Source: Amoeboradix gromovi X-113 (Eukaryota > Fungi > Sanchytriomycota). Taken from it: a stretch of 18,870 nucleotides of DNA. Each line of letters begins with the position of its first letter. Within the stretch, counting starts at the first letter, position 1. The DNA lies in NCBI GenBank assembly GCA_018985225.1, contig JADGIF010000120.1, positions 1-18,870 of the forward strand, in the 5' to 3' direction. Positions 17,391-18,870 of the stretch are shown one piece after another. Below the pieces are notes generated by a model that worked only from the letters and a program-made list of their open reading frames with translations, ran no database searches and was not told the DNA's origin. Position numbers and translations under genes: made by a program.

Positions 17391-17972
17391 ATGAGGCAGG
17401 AAGTTATCCAACAAGCTGTGGACTTTCTATCTGTAAAAGGCAACTTAAGGGATCAAATAAAATTTTTAGAAGACAAAGGACTGTCTCCTAAAGAGATATA
17501 TTATGCCATGTCAAAATCCAACATCTACATACCATTGAAGCACAATTACTTCACATCTCTGCTTCTTGGTGGTGGCTTAATATTTGCAGCATCAAAACTA
17601 ATTGAATACGCCCTTGAGACTCTTATAAAACCAATTCAAGTGTCTATTGACACGCAAATGGGTAAAATGAGCAACTCCGTTGAAGTAATGCAATCTGAAT
17701 TAAAACTGCTCTCTAATGATTTCAACGACTCAATAATCAGAATAAATGAGACAGCTAGCGACAACCATTCTCAACTAAATGAAATTGCTATCGATTTTGA
17801 AAGGTTAGAAAGCCTTGTAACAGATACGACAAACCAGCAGCAAGAAATTATTTTAGACTTGATCAAGGAAATTAACCATCTAAAAGTTCTGCTTTCGAAG
17901 AATAAGAATGCAGCCGAAGTGATATCCGGGACTGAATCCCCTATAAAATTGGATAATGCCAAAGATAAATAA
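17391..17972 (+). CDS. PEX14: Peroxisomal membrane protein Pex14
   Basis: N-terminal RQEVIQQAVDFL...IKFLEDKGLSPKEIYYAM matches Pex14_N (AVxFL...FLxxKGLxxxEI), then a hydrophobic segment (LLLGGGLIFAA) and a coiled-coil-like region. Confidence 0.88.
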   Translation: MRQEVIQQAVDFLSVKGNLRDQIKFLEDKGLSPKEIYYAMSKSNIYIPLKHNYFTSLLLGGGLIFAASKLIEYALETLIKPIQVSIDTQMGKMSNSVEVMQSELKLLSNDFNDSIIRINETASDNHSQLNEIAIDFERLESLVTDTTNQQQEIILDLIKEINHLKVLLSKNKNAAEVISGTESPIKLDNAKDK

Positions 17973-18478
17973 ACAGTTTTTATAATTGCAAATTTATTAA
18001 TCTAATTTTTTATAAACTTATCGACAATGCTTCAATGCTGTTCCTTGTCCCTGTAGAACATTGCAGCACTATTTTATTGAAGTGGATAGCCATTGACAAT
18101 GTTATAAAGGACTGGAGGCTTATCAAGTACTAAGGATGTAATGTTATAGACCTACTTCCTAACGGCATTTCGCACATTTTTATCCCTATGAACTGGTTTA
18201 ATTAGAGAAGCTCAACTTTCACACATTTGAGTAGTAAATGCTTCATAACATTCCGCAAAAGTCTTGCCTCTGTTTGCACTTTCGCCTCATTTTTAGCCCA
18301 CTTTATGAATACTACACTGCTTAAGCAGTTGAAAATTAGAGCAATATAGCTTATGCGATCGCGATTATGCAACTAAAATTTGGAGCTATTTGGTACTGCT
18401 GACGCCATACTCTGCCATATTAAGAATAAACATCCATCTAGGAGAGCTCAAGAAACGGAATTAAGCACTAGCTGCAAG

Positions 18479-18649
18479 ATGCGCATTATCTTCTTATTTT
18501 TCATGACGCTAATTAATGGGTTTCTTGCTGCTGAGAGAAGAAGAACAATGATTCAGGTTGGGAACAACAAGAAGATTCTCTCGAAATATTGCTCCATAGA
18601 AGAGTATTTGTGGTACAAAAAATGTATCTTCACAAATAAAGACACTTGA
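18479..18649 (+). CDS. Possible small secreted peptide or pseudogene fragment (56 aa)
   Basis: ATG 18479 opens MRIIFLFFMTLINGFLA (signal-peptide-like) followed by a basic region with two Cys. Short and otherwise unsupported. Confidence 0.3.
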   Translation: MRIIFLFFMTLINGFLAAERRRTMIQVGNNKKILSKYCSIEEYLWYKKCIFTNKDT

Positions 18650-18870
18650 TTATATAACTGTCCAGATTCTTATATTAGTGAATGTTCAAATAGCAGGCGC
18701 CCACATCTTGCGTTCATATGTTAGTGTAGGCAACAAGCTAGCGAGGCATTTTTGTTTGAACCACTGGGTTATATTCTTAAATAAGAAATGATTAAAAACT
18801 ATAATCTGATTATTTACCTGAACACATAAATGAGTTGCGTACCGTTGGCGTGAAAGTGAAAAAGACAAAA

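Noticed and set aside
451-17962. Short antisense or overlapping ORFs in the ORF track (e.g. 451-642, 949-1149, 3888-4127, 8890-9126, 12827-13054, 14682-14885, 17189-17377, 17771-17962)
   Set aside because: Shadows of better-supported genes, with no independent motifs.
1-18870. CRISPR array, tRNA, rRNA or prokaryotic operon signals
   Set aside because: No regularly spaced repeats, cloverleaf or rRNA-like sequence noticed; gene content and signals are eukaryotic.

Overview
AT-rich, gene-dense, almost intron-free eukaryotic DNA. The gene set (HMG-CoA synthase, Pex14, ICT1-type GGQ hydrolase, PacC/Rim101-like fingers, F-box-LRR, LRR receptor-like proteins) suggests a fungus or fungal relative with a compact genome, probably an early-diverging lineage; this is inference only. 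About 13 likely intact genes and at least one pseudogene are visible. Main observations: (1) Three copies of a non-autonomous TIR element (MITE), with every visible junction reading CANNTG. Two inverted copies bracket an 8,342-bp block (5335-13676). Its outer junctions carry the same CAGATG while neither copy has matching flanks of its own, which is the pattern expected of a MITE-bounded composite (macro)transposon carrying host genes including HMG-CoA synthase. (2) A 19-nt GT-AG intron whose removal restores a split C2H2 zinc finger. (3) Two intact ORFs that look like pseudoenzymes: an aldo-keto reductase with 3 of 4 catalytic residues substituted, and a possibly secreted tandem pseudokinase. 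(4) Compact expression signals: TTACCCCTT just before three start codons, and stop codons fused to A(A/G)TAAA. All alignments were done by eye; no database searches were run.
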